Origin: an uncultured Campylobacter sp. | Lineage (GTDB): Bacteria > Campylobacterota > Campylobacteria > Campylobacterales > Campylobacteraceae | NCBI RefSeq assembly: GCF_938039245.1 | Contig: NZ_CALHVN010000020.1 | Coordinates: 17,838 to 81,837 of the forward strand | Direction: 5' to 3' | DNA length: 64,000 bases | Shown: one piece after another, positions 37,358-49,428 of the stretch | Position numbering within the stretch: the first letter of the stretch is position 1 | Layout: every line of letters begins with the position of its first letter | Program-made: the position numbers and the translations under genes | The notes under the pieces: model-generated | Told to the model about the DNA's origin: nothing | The model's database searches: none | What the model saw: the letters and a program-made list of their open reading frames with translations, nothing else

Positions 37358-37537
37358 TTAAATAAGCTTTGAAACAGAAAAAGACATAATGACGTCAACA
37401 AGAGCTAAAAAAAGTGAGACAATAGCTACTACAGCAAAAACCGTTATAAAAGCATTCCTGATTTGCTCTTTGAGTGGAAAAATTACCTTTTCAATCTCCG
37501 CACAAGAAAGCTTAATATAGCTTATTATTTTTTCCAT
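37358..37537 (-). CDS. secE: Preprotein translocase subunit SecE
   Basis: EIEKVIFP motif plus one TM helix, between tRNA-Trp and nusG. Confidence 0.93.
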   Translation of the reverse strand: MEKIISYIKLSCAEIEKVIFPLKEQIRNAFITVFAVVAIVSLFLALVDVIMSFSVSKLI

Positions 37538-37551
37538 TTTTAACCTTTTGA

Positions 37552-37627
37552 TGGCAGGGCAAGAGGGATTCGAACCCCCAACCATTGGATTTGGAATCCA
37601 GCGCTCTACCGTTGGAGCTATTGCCCT
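37552..37627 (-). tRNA. tRNA-Trp(CCA)
   Basis: AGGGCAATAGCTCCAACGGTAGAGC..TTCCAAA..GGTTCGAATCC..GCCCTGCCA. Confidence 0.95.
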
Positions 37628-37634
37628 AAAAGCC

Positions 37635-37805
37635 TTAGCTCTTTAATTTTACTTCTTTATGAATGGTATGTTTTTTTAGTCTTGGACAATATTTTTTTAG
37701 TTCCAATTTTTCAGTTGTTGTTTTACTGTTTTTTACCGTAGTATAATTTATATCACCTGATTCAGAACATTTAAGACCAACTTTTATTCTGTTACCTTTT
37801 GCCAT
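37635..37805 (-). CDS. rpmG: 50S ribosomal protein L33 (56 aa, not in ORF track)
   Basis: [56 protein letters not shown]. Confidence 0.96.
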   Translation of the reverse strand: MAKGNRIKVGLKCSESGDINYTTVKNSKTTTEKLELKKYCPRLKKHTIHKEVKLKS

Positions 37806-37856
37806 AAATTCCCTTCAAAAAAGCGGAGAAAAACTCCGCCAAAATATAAAATTAAA

Positions 37857-39056
37857 TTATGCTAGAATCTTAGAAACAACGCCTGAGCCGACTGTTCTAC
37901 CGCCTTCACGAATCGCGAAGCGAGTTCCCTCTTCAAGAGCAACTGGCGCAATAAGCTCAACAGTTATCTTTAGGTTGTCACCAGGCATAACCATTTCTGT
38001 TCCTTCTGGAAGAGTGATAGAACCTGTAACGTCAGTCGTTCTTACATAGAACTGCGGTCTATAGTTGTTAAAGAATGGGGTATGACGTCCGCCTTCTTCT
38101 TTTGTTAAAATATAAACTTCGCCCTCAAATTTAGTGTGAGGAGTAATTGATTTAGGTTTGCAAAGAACCATACCGCGCTCAACATCTTCTTTTTTTGTAC
38201 CTCTTAGAAGAACGCCTACGTTGTCGCCTGCTTCACCTTGATCCATCTCTTTTCTAAACATCTCGACGCCGGTAACTGTAGTAGTTTGAGTTGGTCTAAT
38301 ACCTACGATTTCGATGGTATCGCCTACTTTTACCACACCTTTTTCAATTCTACCGGTAACAACCGTACCGCGACCGGAAATAGAGAAAACGTCCTCGATA
38401 GGCATCAAGAAATCTTTATCTGTTGCGCGTACTGGAGTTGGAATATACTCATCAACTCTAGCCATAAGCTCAAGAACCTTTGCAGACCATTCGCCGTCTG
38501 TTCCAGCCTTAGCCTCATTAAGAGCTTGTAGAGCCGAGCCTGCTACGATTGGAGTATCGTCACCAGGGAAGTCGTACTCGTTTAGAAGCTCACGAATTTC
38601 CATCTCGACTAGCTCAAGAAGCTCCGTGTCGTCAACCATATCAGCCTTATTCATAAATACAACGATATAAGGAACGCCTACTTGACGAGATAGTAGAATA
38701 TGCTCTCTGGTTTGAGGCATCGGACCGTCAGCAGCAGAAACAACTAGGATAGCGCCGTCCATTTGAGCCGCACCTGTAATCATATTTTTAACATAGTCGG
38801 CGTGGCCTGGGCAGTCAACGTGTGCATAGTGGCGATTTTCAGTCTCGTACTCAATATGAGAAGTAGCAATGGTAATGCCGCGCTCTTTTTCTTCAGGAGC
38901 GTTATCGATATTATCATAGTCTTTTAGCTCTGCAAGACCTTTTCTTGAAAGAACAGCGGAAATCGCAGCTGTCAATGTTGTTTTACCATGGTCAACGTGA
39001 CCGATAGTACCAATGTTTACGTGTGGCTTGTTACGTGAAAATTTTTCTTTTGCCAT
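37857..39056 (-). CDS. tuf: Elongation factor Tu
   Basis: [20 protein letters not shown]; 399 aa. Confidence 0.99.
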   Translation of the reverse strand: MAKEKFSRNKPHVNIGTIGHVDHGKTTLTAAISAVLSRKGLAELKDYDNIDNAPEEKERGITIATSHIEYETENRHYAHVDCPGHADYVKNMITGAAQMDGAILVVSAADGPMPQTREHILLSRQVGVPYIVVFMNKADMVDDTELLELVEMEIRELLNEYDFPGDDTPIVAGSALQALNEAKAGTDGEWSAKVLELMARVDEYIPTPVRATDKDFLMPIEDVFSISGRGTVVTGRIEKGVVKVGDTIEIVGIRPTQTTTVTGVEMFRKEMDQGEAGDNVGVLLRGTKKEDVERGMVLCKPKSITPHTKFEGEVYILTKEEGGRHTPFFNNYRPQFYVRTTDVTGSITLPEGTEMVMPGDNLKITVELIAPVALEEGTRFAIREGGRTVGSGVVSKILA

Positions 39057-39115
39057 CTCTTCCTCCGTAATGATTTGTTTTTAATTCAAATTTATGTCTA
39101 ATTTCTCTAAAACCA

Positions 39116-39190
<75 letters not shown>

Positions 39191-39327
39191 GTAATATCGC
39201 TTGGCATAAGAGATAATATAAAAACATAAACAACTAAAAGGAAATTAAAAATAGAGCTACAGCAAATGTATAAAAATTTATAGAGACTTTTATCATTTTA
39301 CAGCTCCCAGCTTCATTTCCAAAATTC

Positions 39328-39404
39328 TGGAGCGGGAAACGGGGCTCGAACCCGCGACCCTCAGCTTGGAAGGCTGATGCTCTAGCCAACTGAGCTACTC
39401 CCGC
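39328..39404 (-). tRNA. tRNA-Gly(TCC)
   Basis: GCGGGAGTAGCTCAG..CAGCCTTCCAAGCTG..CCCGCTCCA. Confidence 0.95.
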
Positions 39405-39412
39405 ATATAGCA

Positions 39413-39497
<85 letters not shown>

Positions 39498-39556
39498 CTA
39501 ATTAATTTTAAATTATAAATGCTTAATGGTATTTCTGGTCAAACACTGTTATGAAA

Positions 39557-39632
39557 TGGAGCTGGTGAACGGACTTGAACCGCCGACCCACTGCTTACAA
39601 GGCAGTAGCTCTACCAACTGAGCTACACCAGC
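39557..39632 (-). tRNA. tRNA-Thr(TGT)
   Basis: GCTGGTGTAGCTCAG..CTGCCTTGTAAGCAG..CCAGCTCCA. Confidence 0.95.
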
Positions 39633-39653
39633 ATCCTGATTTGTGAAAGTTGG

Positions 39654-39659
39654 ATTATA
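39654..39659 (-). promoter_or_regulatory. sigma70 -10 box for the tRNA-tuf operon
   Basis: TATAAT on the - strand about 20 bp upstream of tRNA-Thr(TGT). Confidence 0.55.
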
Positions 39660-39750
39660 GCCCAATTTCTTCTCAAAGTCAAGACTTTTGCAAAAAATAG
39701 TCGTGTTTTACATTTTTTTTATAAAAACATGCCTTTGGTTCGTAATTTTT

Positions 39751-40176
39751 TTAGCCCATAGGCTCTGGAGCTTCTTTAAATTTTAAATCTTTTCTAAGTT
39801 TTGAACGTGGTTTCGTAGGCGGCCTTTCCTCGCTTGATTTTTGCTCTACGATACCGGTTTGAACCTCGTCTTCCTTAGCGACTAGCGCATAAGCCTCTTT
39901 AAATCCGGCCGCCTTAATCTTTTGCGTCAGAACCTTAATATCGTTTTTATTCATAGCCCGCGTTTTGACCGCTATAGAGCGGTACCTGCCGAATCTACCG
40001 CTAACTACGGCTTTTACGCCGTCTATCTTAGCGACTTTACGCTCTATATCGGCTCGCTCGCGTTCTATGGATTCTTGCGTTACGTCGTCGCCGAATGCGC
40101 TTACGAAGATATTATATTCGCTATTTGCGAGTAAAACGCTGCAAAGCAATAAAAAAACAACGACGATTTTTTTCAT
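39751..40176 (-). CDS. Exported hypothetical protein (possibly SPOR-like)
   Basis: AGGAG RBS, then signal peptide MKKIVVVFLLLCSVLLA; ..KIKAAGFKEAY. Confidence 0.65.
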   Translation of the reverse strand: MKKIVVVFLLLCSVLLANSEYNIFVSAFGDDVTQESIERERADIERKVAKIDGVKAVVSGRFGRYRSIAVKTRAMNKNDIKVLTQKIKAAGFKEAYALVAKEDEVQTGIVEQKSSEERPPTKPRSKLRKDLKFKEAPEPMG

Positions 40177-40262
40177 GCTTCTCCTTTTTGCTTGCAGCAA
40201 ATTTAACTGTTTTGGATTATATACGACAATGAATAAAATTGCGATAAATTTGACCGAGCGCC

Positions 40263-41516
40263 CTACCCCAGCGCTTTTGCGATTAGCTCGATGGGGTTTT
40301 CGCATTTCACGTCTGAGCCGTCTATATGCAGCGCATTTGAAATTTGCATTTTACAGGCGCTACACTCCGCGCTTACGATCTTTGCGCCCGTTTTTTTTAT
40401 CATCTCCGATTTTCTTTGTCCGGCCGCGCGGCTTAGGTGATATTTTTCAGCCTGCATCGTCACTCCGCCAAAACCGCAGCACTCGTTTGGATCGCTCATC
40501 TCGGTTATTTCGTAGTTTTGAGCGAGCAGTTTGCGAGGCTCTTTAAAGACGCCTTGCATTTTTCTAGCGTGACAAGGGTCGTGATAGGTTACGGAGGCTA
40601 AATTTTTGCCCTTTTTTACCAAAATTTCAGCCAAATTCGTAAATTTTTCAAAATACTCCGTCGCTAAAAATATCTTCTTGCTCACTGCTTTTGCGCGCTC
40701 TCGCCACTGCTCGTCCGCGTGAAAAAAATGCTCGTAGTCGATCTTTATCATCGCCGAACAGGTCGCCTCGGGCACGATGATAGCGTCAAGTGCGTCCAGC
40801 ATTTTTTCGAAATACTCGATATTTCGCTTTGCCAAAACCTCGACCGTCGCAAAATCCCCCGTGAAATACGCCGGCGCGCCGCAACAGGCCTGCTTTTTCA
40901 TCAAATTTAAATTTAGCCCAAGCTCGCGCGCTATCTTAACCAAAGCCTCGCCGATGCCCGTATATGCATAGTTTCCCATACAGCCGATAAAAACTCCGAT
41001 AGTTTTAGCTCCGCCGTTATCGATAAACTCGGCGTGCGAGTTTAAAAAGCTCTTTTTGCTAGCAGTGGGCAAAAGCCGCTCTTTTTTCACCATCGGCAGG
41101 CTAAACCTCGGGCTCATTGCGCCTTCGCGGATCTTAAACGCGCAGCTTTGAAACACATATCCCAGCCTCGCGCAAACATCCATCACCGCGCGGTGGCGCA
41201 GTAGCCAAAAAAACGCTTTTTTGTACCACGCGATGCCGAATTTTTCCGCGATATCGCGTCGGACGTTTTCTATCGCCGTATCCACGCGCAAGGAGTTTGG
41301 ACAGACCTCGACGCAGCTCGTGCATAAAAAGCAGCTCTCAAAGATACTTTTCGCGTTTTTATCAAGCTTTAGCTCGCCGCGCTCGTAAGCACCTACTAGG
41401 TCTAAAAAACCGCGCGGAGAGGTCGTTTCGTCGGAGTTTATCTTGTGGATCGTGCAGACCTGGATACATTTGCCGCATTTTACGCATTTATCTGAAATTT
41501 CGCTAAATTTAAACAT
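40263..41516 (-). CDS. Fe-S oxidoreductase (GlcF/GlpC-like; 2x4Fe-4S plus CCG domains)
   Basis: CVKCGKCIQVC, CFLCTSCVEVCP, CCGAP, YHDPCH, CCGFGG. Confidence 0.88.
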   Translation of the reverse strand: MFKFSEISDKCVKCGKCIQVCTIHKINSDETTSPRGFLDLVGAYERGELKLDKNAKSIFESCFLCTSCVEVCPNSLRVDTAIENVRRDIAEKFGIAWYKKAFFWLLRHRAVMDVCARLGYVFQSCAFKIREGAMSPRFSLPMVKKERLLPTASKKSFLNSHAEFIDNGGAKTIGVFIGCMGNYAYTGIGEALVKIARELGLNLNLMKKQACCGAPAYFTGDFATVEVLAKRNIEYFEKMLDALDAIIVPEATCSAMIKIDYEHFFHADEQWRERAKAVSKKIFLATEYFEKFTNLAEILVKKGKNLASVTYHDPCHARKMQGVFKEPRKLLAQNYEITEMSDPNECCGFGGVTMQAEKYHLSRAAGQRKSEMIKKTGAKIVSAECSACKMQISNALHIDGSDVKCENPIELIAKALG

Positions 41517-41525
41517 GTCCGCCCA

Positions 41526-42887
41526 TCAAACCGTTTTTGAAAATCGGCGTAAATTTTCAGGTATTTTTTTCAAATACGCGTCAAAACACATCGCGATATT
41601 TCGTATGATCAGCGTGCCTGTCTCGTTTACGCTGATTTTTTCTGGCGTTACGGTTACAAATTCGCTCAAATTTTCAAGCTCGACCAAATCATCCTTAAAA
41701 TACTCGAAAAATTTGATGTCAAATTTAGCCTCGACCGCCTTGATATCAAGCGCAAAGTTGCTCATCAGGCTCATTATAACTGCTTTTCTGATTAGATCGT
41801 CTTCGTTTAGATAAATGCCCTTGCAGTACGGCAAAACACCGCTATCTAGGGCCTTTTCGTATTCGTCCATGTCCTTGAAATTTTGCGCGTAGTATCTTTG
41901 CCCCTCGCCGATACTAGTTAGCCCGATGCCGATTAGATCGGCTCCGCCCTTGGTCGTGTAGCCTTGGAAGTTGCGATGAAGCGTGCCGTTAGCAAGCGCG
42001 CCGAAAAGCTCGTCGCCAGGCTTTGCAAAGTGATCCATGCCGATCATTTTGTAGCCGTTTTTGATAAAAAACTCGGCCGTGTATTTTAAAATTTCAAGCT
42101 TGGTTTTGGGGCTAGGCAGCGTAGCTTCGTCAAATTTACGCATAGATTTTTTTATCCACGGCACGTGCGCGTAGTTAAACACCGCTAGGCGGTCGGGAGA
42201 CAGCGTCAGGGCCTTATCCAGCGTCGCTTTAAAGCTTTCAATCGTCTGATACGGCAGGCCGTAGATCAGGTCCATATTTATCGAGTTTATGCCTTTAGCG
42301 CGCGCCATATCCACGGCGTTTTTGGTGATCTCGTAGGGCTGGATGCGGTGGATCTCCTTTTGCACGCGCTCGTCAAAGTCCTGCACTCCGTAGCTAACGC
42401 GGTTAAAGCCGTGAGAGACGAGCACGTCAAGCTGCTCGCGAGTTAAAAATCTTGGGTCGATTTCGCAGCTGATTTCAGCCTCTGGCGAGAAATTTTTAAA
42501 TTTAGCCTTTATCATTTTTATGATTTCATCAAGCTGATCCGCGCCGTAAAACGTCGGGGTGCCGCCGCCAAAGTGCATTTGTAGCACCGGCGCGCTCGCG
42601 TCGAGGTTCGCCGCTAGTAGATCGAGCTCTTTTTGCAGATACTGCATATAGCGCGTTTTGCGGTCCTCTTTGCTCGTATAAATCACGTTGCAACCGCAAA
42701 AATAACAGGCGCTGCGGCAAAACGGCAGGTGCAAATAAAGCGAAAGCGGGCGCGAGACGTCGCGGTTTTTTAGCTCGGCTAGATAGTCCTCGTAGCTAAA
42801 TTTATCGCTAAACTCGGGCGCGGTCGGATAACTCGTATAGCGCGGTCCCGGGCGCGAATACTTCACGTAAGCGTCAAAATCTATCAT
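41526..42887 (-). CDS. hemN: Oxygen-independent coproporphyrinogen III oxidase
   Basis: [10 protein letters not shown], radical [25 protein letters not shown]. Confidence 0.97.
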   Translation of the reverse strand: MIDFDAYVKYSRPGPRYTSYPTAPEFSDKFSYEDYLAELKNRDVSRPLSLYLHLPFCRSACYFCGCNVIYTSKEDRKTRYMQYLQKELDLLAANLDASAPVLQMHFGGGTPTFYGADQLDEIIKMIKAKFKNFSPEAEISCEIDPRFLTREQLDVLVSHGFNRVSYGVQDFDERVQKEIHRIQPYEITKNAVDMARAKGINSINMDLIYGLPYQTIESFKATLDKALTLSPDRLAVFNYAHVPWIKKSMRKFDEATLPSPKTKLEILKYTAEFFIKNGYKMIGMDHFAKPGDELFGALANGTLHRNFQGYTTKGGADLIGIGLTSIGEGQRYYAQNFKDMDEYEKALDSGVLPYCKGIYLNEDDLIRKAVIMSLMSNFALDIKAVEAKFDIKFFEYFKDDLVELENLSEFVTVTPEKISVNETGTLIIRNIAMCFDAYLKKIPENLRRFSKTV

Positions 42888-43375
42888 AGCGTTTTATTCC
42901 TCGCGTTTTTCATTATATTCTGCATATCGACGAATAAATTTGGATACTGCTTTTTGATATCCTTTACCAGTTTTTCCAAATTTACGTCAATGCTTTTTTT
43001 CTTTTTGCTTTTTGCGGCGATCTTGCGTATCTCGTCCATCGCCACGACCCAAACGTCTGCAAAATCTATCGGCACGTTTTGCCAGATCGTCTTTTCAAGC
43101 CTTAGCTCGAAATTTTCCTTTTGGACGTTGCGGTAGGCTTCGATGAGCTGCGAGAGCGATTTTAACGAAACCATCGTGTGCAAATTTTGATTTTCGTCAA
43201 TACCGAACCACGGCTCCACCCCGTCCCACGAGCCGCTTTTTAGGCTGAGGCTCATTTGACTCGGATCGCTTGTCGGCACGATCTCAAATATCGTTTTCTC
43301 GCCTTCTTTTATCCCAAGCTCGCCCGAAATTTCGTCGATTTTTTCGTATGTTTTTTGTAGATTTTTTTCTTTCAT
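42884..43375 (-). CDS. DUF2603-like conserved protein
   Basis: [25 protein letters not shown]; between argF and hemN as in Campylobacter. Confidence 0.7.
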   Translation of the reverse strand: MKEKNLQKTYEKIDEISGELGIKEGEKTIFEIVPTSDPSQMSLSLKSGSWDGVEPWFGIDENQNLHTMVSLKSLSQLIEAYRNVQKENFELRLEKTIWQNVPIDFADVWVVAMDEIRKIAAKSKKKKSIDVNLEKLVKDIKKQYPNLFVDMQNIMKNARNKTL

Positions 43376-43388
43376 TTACTTCCTTAAC

Positions 43389-44309
43389 TTACCCGTTTCG
43401 CTGCCTATCAAGCCACACCATCACGCCTTTTTGCGCGTGCAGCCTATTTTCGGCTTCAGCAAAAATCTCATCCGCATGCGCTTCAAACACTGCCTCGCTC
43501 ACCTCGTATCCGCGGTAGGCCGGCAAGCAGTGCAAAAATATCGCGCCGGGCGTGGCTAATTCCATCAAATTTTCATCCACGCAAAATCCGGCAAAATCCC
43601 TCAGGCGTTTTTCTTTTTCCGCCTCTTGCCCCATCGAGACCCAGGTGTCGGTAGTGACGACGTCGGCGCCCGAGACGGCTTCTTTTACGTCATGAGTTAG
43701 ATAAATTTTAGCTCCCGAGATTTGCGCGTTTTTCATCGCTAAATTTAAGATTTCGCCGTTTGGCTCGTAGCCCGCGGGCATTGCGATTCTTAGCTCTAAA
43801 CCTAGCTTGCTAGCTAGCATCAGCCACGAGTGGGCCATGTTGTTGCCGTCGCCGACGTAGGCTACGCATTTGCCCGCATCAAATTCCAGCATCGTGAGGT
43901 AGTCCGCCATCAGCTGCACTGGGTGAAATTTGTCGCTAAGGCCGTTTATCACGGGCACGCGGCTAAATTTAGCAAATTCTTCTAGCGTCTCGTGGCGATT
44001 TACGCGAGCCATGACGAGATCGCACATTCGCGAGATCACGCGCGCGGTGTCTTTTATCGGTTCGCCGCGCCCGATCTGGATATCGCTCGAGCTAAGAAAT
44101 AGCGCGTGTCCGCCAAGCTCGTTCATCCCCACGTCAAAGCTTACGCGCGTTCTAGTCGAGCTTTTCTCAAATATCATCGCCAGTTTTTGATCTTTGAGAT
44201 ACGGCTTGAAATCTCGCGCCTTTGCCTCTTTTTTTATCTTGCGCGCCAAATTTATCATTTCTAAAATTTCATCTTTACCGAAGTCGTTTAGCGTCAAAAA
44301 ATGTCGCAT
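43389..44309 (-). CDS. argF: Ornithine carbamoyltransferase
   Basis: SSTRTR, HPVQ, SMG, HCLP; start reassigned to MRHFLTL. Confidence 0.97.
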   Translation of the reverse strand: MRHFLTLNDFGKDEILEMINLARKIKKEAKARDFKPYLKDQKLAMIFEKSSTRTRVSFDVGMNELGGHALFLSSSDIQIGRGEPIKDTARVISRMCDLVMARVNRHETLEEFAKFSRVPVINGLSDKFHPVQLMADYLTMLEFDAGKCVAYVGDGNNMAHSWLMLASKLGLELRIAMPAGYEPNGEILNLAMKNAQISGAKIYLTHDVKEAVSGADVVTTDTWVSMGQEAEKEKRLRDFAGFCVDENLMELATPGAIFLHCLPAYRGYEVSEAVFEAHADEIFAEAENRLHAQKGVMVWLDRQRNG

Positions 44310-44348
44310 TTTGCCCCCCTTATTCCCAAATTTGCCCACAAATTTTTC

Positions 44349-44472
44349 AAGGCGAAGTATTTTTGAGATGATTTTGAGAGTTGTGCAGAAGTTTTAAGTC
44401 AAGGCTAGACAAGTAGTCTGCCGCAGACTTAAAATTTCAAATCTCTCTCAAAAGCACTCAAAAGACAAGCCG
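44349..44472. repeat. Modular intergenic hairpin element between hemB and argF
   Basis: GGCGAAGTATTTTTGAG/CTCAAAAGACAAGCC, TTTTGAGAG/CTCTCAAAA, TTTTAAGTC/GACTTAAAA, with inner AAGGCTAGAC..TAGTCTGCCGCAG. Confidence 0.8.
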
Positions 44473-45444
44473 CTATTTTCTTAGTAAAGCGGCGGCTTCT
44501 TTGGCATGATAGCTTATTATCAAATCCGCCCCTGCCCTCTTAAACCCAACTAGCGTCTCCATCATCACGCGCTCGTAATCGATGACGCCCGCTTTTGCCG
44601 CAGCTTTTAGTAGAGCGTATTCGCCGCTCACGTTGTACGCGCAGATCGGCAGCCTCGTAGCCTCGCGCAGATCGCGGATGATATCTAGATACGCAAGAGC
44701 GGGCTTTACCATCAAGATATCGGCCCCCTGCGCCTCGTCCTCCAGGCTCTCGCTCACGGCTTCTAGGCGGTTTGCGGGATCCATTTGGTAGCTCTTTCTA
44801 TCGCCAAAGCTCGGTGCGCTTTCCGCGACGTCGCGAAACGGCCCATAGTACGCCGAAGCAAATTTGGTCGAATACGCCATAATCGGCAAATTTTCATATC
44901 CGTTCGCATCCAGCGCCCCGCGCAAGGTAGCGATGATGCCGTCCATCATACCGCTTGGAGCGATCATATCGGCACCGTTTCTAGCATGGATCAGCGCTTG
45001 TTTAGCGGAAATTTCCAGCGTCGCGTCGTTATCGACGGTCTGGTGGACGTGATCTAGGATACCGCAGTGGCCGTGATCGGTGTATTCGCAAAAGCAAAGA
45101 TCCGTGATCACGACTAGATCTGCAAATTTATCCTTTATCGCTCGCAGCGCGGTCGCTATGATGCCATCATCGCTCAGAGCGTCGCTGCCTACGCTATCTT
45201 TTAGGCTAGGGATTCCAAATAAAATAACCGCTTTTATGCCCAAATTTCGCACGATTTCGCACTCTTTTAAAATTTCGTCCAAACTCATCTGAAAGACGCC
45301 CGGCATCGAGCTTATCTCTTTTTTTATACCTTTGCCCTCGACGATAAAAAGCGGATAGATAAAATCGCTTGCCGAAACGCTAGTTTCGCGCACCATCTCC
45401 CTGAACGCGGGATTTATCCTGAGCCTTCTAAAACGTTTAAACAT
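44473..45444 (-). CDS. hemB: Porphobilinogen synthase
   Basis: [39 protein letters not shown]. Confidence 0.98.
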   Translation of the reverse strand: MFKRFRRLRINPAFREMVRETSVSASDFIYPLFIVEGKGIKKEISSMPGVFQMSLDEILKECEIVRNLGIKAVILFGIPSLKDSVGSDALSDDGIIATALRAIKDKFADLVVITDLCFCEYTDHGHCGILDHVHQTVDNDATLEISAKQALIHARNGADMIAPSGMMDGIIATLRGALDANGYENLPIMAYSTKFASAYYGPFRDVAESAPSFGDRKSYQMDPANRLEAVSESLEDEAQGADILMVKPALAYLDIIRDLREATRLPICAYNVSGEYALLKAAAKAGVIDYERVMMETLVGFKRAGADLIISYHAKEAAALLRK

Positions 45445-45505
45445 AATTTTCCTTTTACTTCGCTACAATTTACGCTTAGTGTAACATAATAGGAGTTAAA
45501 ATTTT

Positions 45506-46078
45506 ATGAATATCGAGCTTTCAAATACGGCAAATTTACCCTCTCGTTTCGGGATATTTGAGATAAAGGCATTTAAGGAGGGTGAGAAGGAACATTTAGC
45601 GATTTATAAAAAACCTTTCGGCGAGATCGTAAACGTCCGCATCCACTCTGAGTGCCTAACGGGCGATGCGATCGGTAGCCTAAAATGCGACTGCCGCGAC
45701 CAGCTGGAAGCCAGCCTAAAATACATCGAAGAGCACGGCGGCATGGTGATCTATCTGCGCCAAGAGGGGCGAAATATCGGTCTGCTAAACAAAGTAAACG
45801 CCTACCATCTGCAAGATGAGGGCCTTGACACCATCGAGGCAAATCACCAGCTAGGTTTTAAGGCCGACGAGCGCACATACGAGATAGTGGATTTTATCTT
45901 AAAGCACTTCGGTATCGAAAAGATAAATTTACTAACCAATAACCCGAAAAAACTGTCGGGGCTAAAATGCGTGCAGATCGTCTCTCGCGTACCGATCGTC
46001 ATACACGCGAACAAATTTAACGAAAACTACCTGCGCGTGAAAAAAGAGCAGATGGGGCATATGCTAGATGAAAATTGA
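45506..46078 (+). CDS. ribA: GTP cyclohydrolase II
   Basis: [28 protein letters not shown]. Confidence 0.97.
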   Translation: MNIELSNTANLPSRFGIFEIKAFKEGEKEHLAIYKKPFGEIVNVRIHSECLTGDAIGSLKCDCRDQLEASLKYIEEHGGMVIYLRQEGRNIGLLNKVNAYHLQDEGLDTIEANHQLGFKADERTYEIVDFILKHFGIEKINLLTNNPKKLSGLKCVQIVSRVPIVIHANKFNENYLRVKKEQMGHMLDEN

Positions 46079-46625
46079 CCTGCCGAGGGATTTTGACGCG
46101 CAAACGGCGAAATTTAGCGAGATTTTGGCTAAATTTAACCGCGTACACAGCCTAACTAACTACAAAAATTTAAACGAGCAGATCGCTGACAGCATAGCTC
46201 CGCTTGAAATTTTCCCGCAGATTTTGGACGCCGAAACGGCGATTGATGTCGGCAGCGGAGCTGGCTTTCCCGCGATATTTCTTGCCATGATTTTAAGGGA
46301 GTGCCAGTGGCATCTCTTTGAACCTAGTCCGAAAAAATCGGCGTTTCTAAGCTACGTCAAGGCTGAGCTAAATTTAACCAACGTCCGTGTAAAATCTTGC
46401 AAGATCGAGGACGGCGAGTCCTTTACGGCGCAGCTAATCACGAGCCGCGCGCTGATGAAAACGAAAGATTTACTTGGGATTTGCGACGGGTTTTTCGGCG
46501 CGCAAACTCAAATTTTACTCTACAAAGGAAGCAGTGTGCAAAGCGAGCTAGACGGGCTCAATGCTCAAATTTACGGGCGCGGCAACCGAAATTACGTACT
46601 TATAAAGGGCGGCGATGTTATTTAA
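46068..46625 (+). CDS. rsmG: 16S rRNA m7G527 methyltransferase
   Basis: [26 protein letters not shown]. Confidence 0.93.
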   Translation: MKIDLPRDFDAQTAKFSEILAKFNRVHSLTNYKNLNEQIADSIAPLEIFPQILDAETAIDVGSGAGFPAIFLAMILRECQWHLFEPSPKKSAFLSYVKAELNLTNVRVKSCKIEDGESFTAQLITSRALMKTKDLLGICDGFFGAQTQILLYKGSSVQSELDGLNAQIYGRGNRNYVLIKGGDVI

Positions 46626-46842
46626 AATTTTGGCTTTTTTTGCGGTTTTAATCGCGATTTATTTGATATTTTTTAAAACCCGCGTCAAAAGAGGCGTAAA
46701 AGGCGGCGCAAAAAAAGAGGACAAAGATGCCGAAAATTTCGTCGAATGCAAAAAGTGCGGCACCTTCATAGAGGCTAGAGACGCCGTAATAAGCGGCGGC
46801 GGATATGTTTGCCGCGACTGCATGCAAAGCAAAAAGGAGTAG
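46615..46842 (+). CDS. PP0621-family small protein
   Basis: N-terminal TM helix; [11 protein letters not shown]. Confidence 0.8.
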   Translation: MLFKILAFFAVLIAIYLIFFKTRVKRGVKGGAKKEDKDAENFVECKKCGTFIEARDAVISGGGYVCRDCMQSKKE

Positions 46843-46845
46843 AAA

Positions 46846-47223
46846 ATGCAATTAATCGGCCACGAGCTAGTGCCGTATGAGCCGCTGTTTTGGCGCGAGA
46901 ATGCCCAGCAGATCGAAGCGGACAAGCAAAATTTATTTAAATTTGACGCAGCCTCGATAAAGCGCGCGCAGGAGCTTGGCGCCCAGTTTAGCGTCGAAGC
47001 TGAAAATCTAAACGAGATCATCGTCGCAAATGCAGCCGGAGCAAAATTTATCATCGTGCCCCGCGAGCTTGCCGGTAAAGCGGCAAAACTGGCGCAAGAT
47101 TATCTGTTTGACGCTCAAATTTGCGTCATTATAGAGAGCCAAAACGAGCTAGCCGCGCTTAGCGAGACGGGAGCGGACGCCGCGATATTTAAAACCGCCG
47201 TAATAGGCAAGGATAAACGGTGA
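46846..47223 (+). CDS. Conserved hypothetical protein
   Basis: AGGAG RBS; LIGHELV..AQDYLFDA pattern; operon context. Confidence 0.75.
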   Translation: MQLIGHELVPYEPLFWRENAQQIEADKQNLFKFDAASIKRAQELGAQFSVEAENLNEIIVANAAGAKFIIVPRELAGKAAKLAQDYLFDAQICVIIESQNELAALSETGADAAIFKTAVIGKDKR

Positions 47224-47557
47224 TAAAATTTCCGCCGCTATATCTAAAATTTTTAGAGGATCTCGGCGACGAAGAGTGCATAGACGTTTTTAACGAAATG
47301 GGCGCAGGTGTGTATCTATACACGGGCGTGCAGCTCTAGCCGAGCAAAACGAAACGTACGAAGTGGCGCTTTACGAGCCAAATTTTTATATGATAGGTCA
47401 AGACGGCGACCTTGGATTTTTTATAAAGTTAAACTCGGACGATGCGATTTATTTTAACGATCTAGGCGCGCTAGGCTCGGCTCCGATGCGCATAGCGGAG
47501 CGAGATATTTTTGCCCTCATAAAAAAGATAAAAGACGGCGGCGAGATATTTTTGTAA
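47220..47557 (+). pseudogene. Frameshifted SMI1/KNR4-like (immunity-type) gene
   Basis: GTG at 47220 gives IKFPPLYLKFL..VYLYTG, ending in TAG at 47337-47339. The -1 frame continues LAEQNETYEV..YEPNFYMIGQDGDLGFF..LGALGS. Confidence 0.6.
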
Positions 47558-47581
47558 AATTTTTACGAGTAAAGGAAACAA

Positions 47582-48415
47582 ATGGAACTTTTTAAAACCG
47601 CATTTTTGATGACCGTGCTGATGCTGCTTTTCGTAGCCGTGGGCGGCGCCATAGGCGGCACTAGCGGCATGCTGGTGGCATTTTTGATTGCGCTTGGGAT
47701 GAATTTCTTTTCGTATTTTTTCTCGGACACCCTCGTGCTAAAGCACTACCAAGCCGTGCCCGTGGACGAGGCGCACGCGACGGGACTTTATCAGATCGTA
47801 CGCGAGCTTTGCGCGAAGGCAAATTTGCCGATGCCAAAGATCTACATCATCCCAGAATCCGTACCAAACGCCTTCGCCACGGGTCGCAACCCGAGCCACG
47901 CCGCGGTAGCCGTGACTGAGGGACTGCTAAATATACTAAACAAAGACGAGATCGAGGGTGTACTGGCTCACGAGCTAAGCCACGTGCGCCACTATGACAT
48001 CCTAACGGGCTCTATCGCGGCTGTGTTTGCGGGCGCGATCGCGATACTGGCGAATTTCGCGCAGTTTGGCGCGGCGAATCGTCAAGGCAAGCAAAATCCG
48101 CTAATGTTAATCGCCCTAGCCGTCATCATGCCGCTAGCCGCCACGATCATACGCATGGCGATCTCGCGGGCGCGGGAGTTTGAGGCCGACAGGGGCGCTG
48201 CGATGATAACTGGTAAACCCCAGCACCTAGCCGGCGCACTACGAAAGCTCGAGGACTACGCGCGCGGACGCGTGATGGCAAACGCCGACGAACAAAGCGC
48301 ACATATGTTTATCATCAATCCTTTTAGCGGCGTAAAAAGCGCGCTGGGCTCGCTATTTCGCACGCACCCGAGCACGAATGAGCGCATCGCGCGGCTAAAT
48401 CAGATGAAATTTTGA
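47582..48415 (+). CDS. htpX: Zinc metalloprotease HtpX
   Basis: [27 protein letters not shown]...RI. Confidence 0.96.
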   Translation: MELFKTAFLMTVLMLLFVAVGGAIGGTSGMLVAFLIALGMNFFSYFFSDTLVLKHYQAVPVDEAHATGLYQIVRELCAKANLPMPKIYIIPESVPNAFATGRNPSHAAVAVTEGLLNILNKDEIEGVLAHELSHVRHYDILTGSIAAVFAGAIAILANFAQFGAANRQGKQNPLMLIALAVIMPLAATIIRMAISRAREFEADRGAAMITGKPQHLAGALRKLEDYARGRVMANADEQSAHMFIINPFSGVKSALGSLFRTHPSTNERIARLNQMKF

Positions 48416-48559
48416 GTCGGGTAAAATTTGGCTTTGGTTGCGGTGAAATTTGAATAAAATTTGTGATTTTGTGTTGATGAAATTTTAGAATACGATTTAA
48501 ATGTTAAATTTAACGCTCTCGCGAAGTTGATTAAATTTAACTAAGATTAATTGTCCCAT

Positions 48560-48995
48560 CATAAACATCTGCTTCACAAATCTTGCTCATTCCAAAGGGT
48601 GAGCTGACACTTCTTCTGCTTTGTAGTCGTGGGGCATTGTTGAACGTCCCATTGAGGAAAACGCGACCAGCGTTTGAGTAAGCAACGCGAAGTAGAAAAT
48701 TCTCACTTACTCCAAAGGGCAAGCTGGCGCAAACAGTATTTCAAGAAATCTTTTTGCTTCGCAAAATGAGCATAGCGACCCGAAGGGGCATTTCTAAGGG
48801 AAGCAAAGCGACCGAGTAAAAAACTACCGAGCCCTTGCGGGCTTCCCTAATTTTTTTTACTTCAACTTTGTCTTGCAACTGCAAACAAAGGGGCACGAAC
48901 GATAGCGAAGTGTCTTGAAAAGCTACGAAGCAAAAAATCGGCGGTGATAAGCTTGCTAGCAAGGTTTTTACAGGGATGCTATTTCCCTGCTTTGA
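48560..48995. repeat. Cluster of GC-richer hairpin elements
   Basis: TTTTTGCTTCG/CGAAGCAAAAA and AGGGAAGC/GCTTCCCT stems; duplicated TCCAAAGGG..AGCTG motif (48591, 48711); module 48866-48891 resembles the inverse of 14148-14174. Confidence 0.65.
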
Positions 48996-49092
48996 AAACT
49001 AAAAATTAATGAAATATTTTAACAGAGCCAAATTTAACTACGCTAAATTTTAAGAATTAGCACTTTATTAAAATAAAGCCATAAATTGCAAC

Positions 49093-49428
49093 TTATTGAA
49101 AGCTAAAAGTCCAGCCTCCATTCTTTTCTGTCGTTATCTCAACTTCTAAAATTTTCCTACACCCAAAAATATCCATTTGAAATTCTTGTGCATATTTCAT
49201 GTCGATATTTAAATTTTCCCTCTTACCATCCGCACAATTTCCCCTATTTACAACAATGTCTTTTAGCTTGACGCCATCTTGCAAAGCCGTAATATACAAC
49301 CGCAAATATCGCGTGTTATCAAACTCTCCATAACGAATCATTTGCTCAACTTCAACACTAAAAGGCGCTTTATCCTCAGCATATCCAAAACAAACAAAAG
49401 CCAAAAGCACCAAAAACACCTTTTTCAT
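49093..49428 (-). CDS. Small exported protein in an AT-rich patch
   Basis: Signal peptide MKKVFLVLLAFVCFGYA, VVNRGNC..C pair, AAGGA RBS. Confidence 0.75.
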   Translation of the reverse strand: MKKVFLVLLAFVCFGYAEDKAPFSVEVEQMIRYGEFDNTRYLRLYITALQDGVKLKDIVVNRGNCADGKRENLNIDMKYAQEFQMDIFGCRKILEVEITTEKNGGWTFSFQ

